A DNA stretch of 64,000 bases from Eledone cirrhosa (Eukaryota): assembly GCA_964016885.1 (NCBI GenBank), contig OZ024740.1:433628001-433692000 (forward strand), written 5' to 3'. A program made the translations under genes and the position numbers. Positions 62,801 to 64,000 of the stretch are shown here, piece after piece. Every line of letters starts with the position of its first letter. Position 1 is the first letter of the stretch. A model generated the notes under the pieces. The model was not told the origin of the DNA and did no database searches. It saw only the letters and a list, made by a program, of their open reading frames with translations.

Positions 62801-64000
62801 GCTGACCACCTAGTGTGTCAGTTGAACACCTTGTGTGTCAGTTGACCACCTAGTGTGTCAGTTGACCTCCTAATGTGTCAGTTGAACACCTAGTGTGTCA
62901 GTTGACCACCAATTGTGTCAGTTGACCACCTAATGTGTCAGTTGAACACCTAGTGTGTCAGTTGACCACCTAGTGTGTCAGTTGACCACCTAGTGTGTCA
63001 GTTGAACACCTAGTGTGTCAGTTGACCACCTAGTGTGTCAGTTGACCACCTAGTGTGTCAGTTGATCACCTAGTGTGTCAGTTGACCACCTAGTGTGTCA
63101 GTTGACCACCAAGTGTGTCAGTTGACCACCTAGTGTCAGTTGACCACCAAGTGTGTCAGTTGACCACCAAGTGTCAGTTGATCACCTAGTGTGTCAGGTG
63201 ACCACCTAGTGTGTCAGTTGACCACCTAGTGTCAGTTGACCACCTAGTGTGTCAGTTGAACACCTCGTATGTCAGTTGACCACCTAGTGTGTCAGTTGAA
63301 CACCTAGTGTGTCAGTTGACCACCATGTGTGTGTCAGTTGACCACCTAGTGTGTCAGTTGAACACCTAGTGTCAGTTGAACACCTAGTGTGTCAGTTGAA
63401 CACCTTGTGTGTCAGTTGAACACCTAGTGTGTCAGTTGACCTCCTAGTGTGTCAGTTGAACACCTAGTGTGTCAGTTGACCACCTAGTGTGTCAGTTGAC
63501 CACCAAGTGTGTCAGTTGACCACCTAGTGTGTCAGTTGACCACCTAGTGTGTCAGTTGACCACCTAGTGTGTCAGTTGACCACCTAGTGTGACAGTTGAA
63601 CACCTAGTGTCAGTTGAACACCTAGTGTGTCAGTTGACCACCTAGTGTGTCAGTTGACCACATAGTGTGTCAGTTGACCACCTAGTGTCAGTTGACCACC
63701 TAGTGTGTCAGTTGAACACCAAGTGTGTCAGTTGACCACCTAGTGTGTCAGTTGAACACCTAGTGTGTCAGTTGAACACCTAGTGTGTCAGTTGACCACC
63801 TAGTGTGTCAGTTGACCACCTAGTGTGTCAGTTGACCACCTAGTGTCAGTTGAACACCTAGTGTGTCAGTTGAACACCTAGTGTGTCAGTTGACCACCTA
63901 GTGTGTCAGTTGACCACCTAGTGTGTCAGTTGAACACCTAGTGTGTCAGTTGAACACCTAGTGTGTCAGTTCACCACCTAGTGTGTCAGTTGACCACCTA
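38810..64000. repeat. 20-bp satellite array, >25 kb, roughly 1,250-1,300 units (ccacctagtgtgtcagttga), running off the window end
   Basis: Contiguous units with recurrent variants (ccaag, gaaca, tcgg, and 18-bp units lacking tg). Confidence 0.99.

Noticed and set aside
38810-64000. CRISPR array or coding repeat (ORFs at 40737-41048)
   Set aside because: There are no spacers. The ORFs exist only where variants remove stop codons in a 20-bp satellite.

Overview
Eukaryotic, gene-free, repeat-saturated DNA. The SINE, RTE and microsatellite repertoire resembles an octopod cephalopod genome, which is an inference. No host protein-coding gene, rRNA, genuine tRNA or CRISPR array is supported. Bases 1-27 kb are a nest of decayed transposable elements: tRNA-derived SINEs, an internally deleted L1/Tx1 LINE (3.7-8.5 kb), a 3'-truncated Helitron (9.0-13.2 kb), two Penelope-like elements (PLEs) of Naiad type, RTE/BovB fragments with non-autonomous derivatives, and a CR1-type LINE (23.4-26.15 kb). 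The rest is dominated by a 55-bp satellite (28.1-34.3 kb) and a 20-bp satellite (38.8-64 kb) with kilobase-scale higher-order duplications. The most notable signal, which the ORF track does not show, is a cluster of five different type I hammerhead ribozyme (HHR) motifs at seven loci between 13.7 and 20.2 kb. They include a U3-A8 compensated core and palindromic helix-III (dimer-type) forms. They lie in PLE pseudo-LTRs, in two near-perfect ~150-bp fold-back mini-elements flanked by (TA)n, and in a circularly permuted, retrozyme-like unit.
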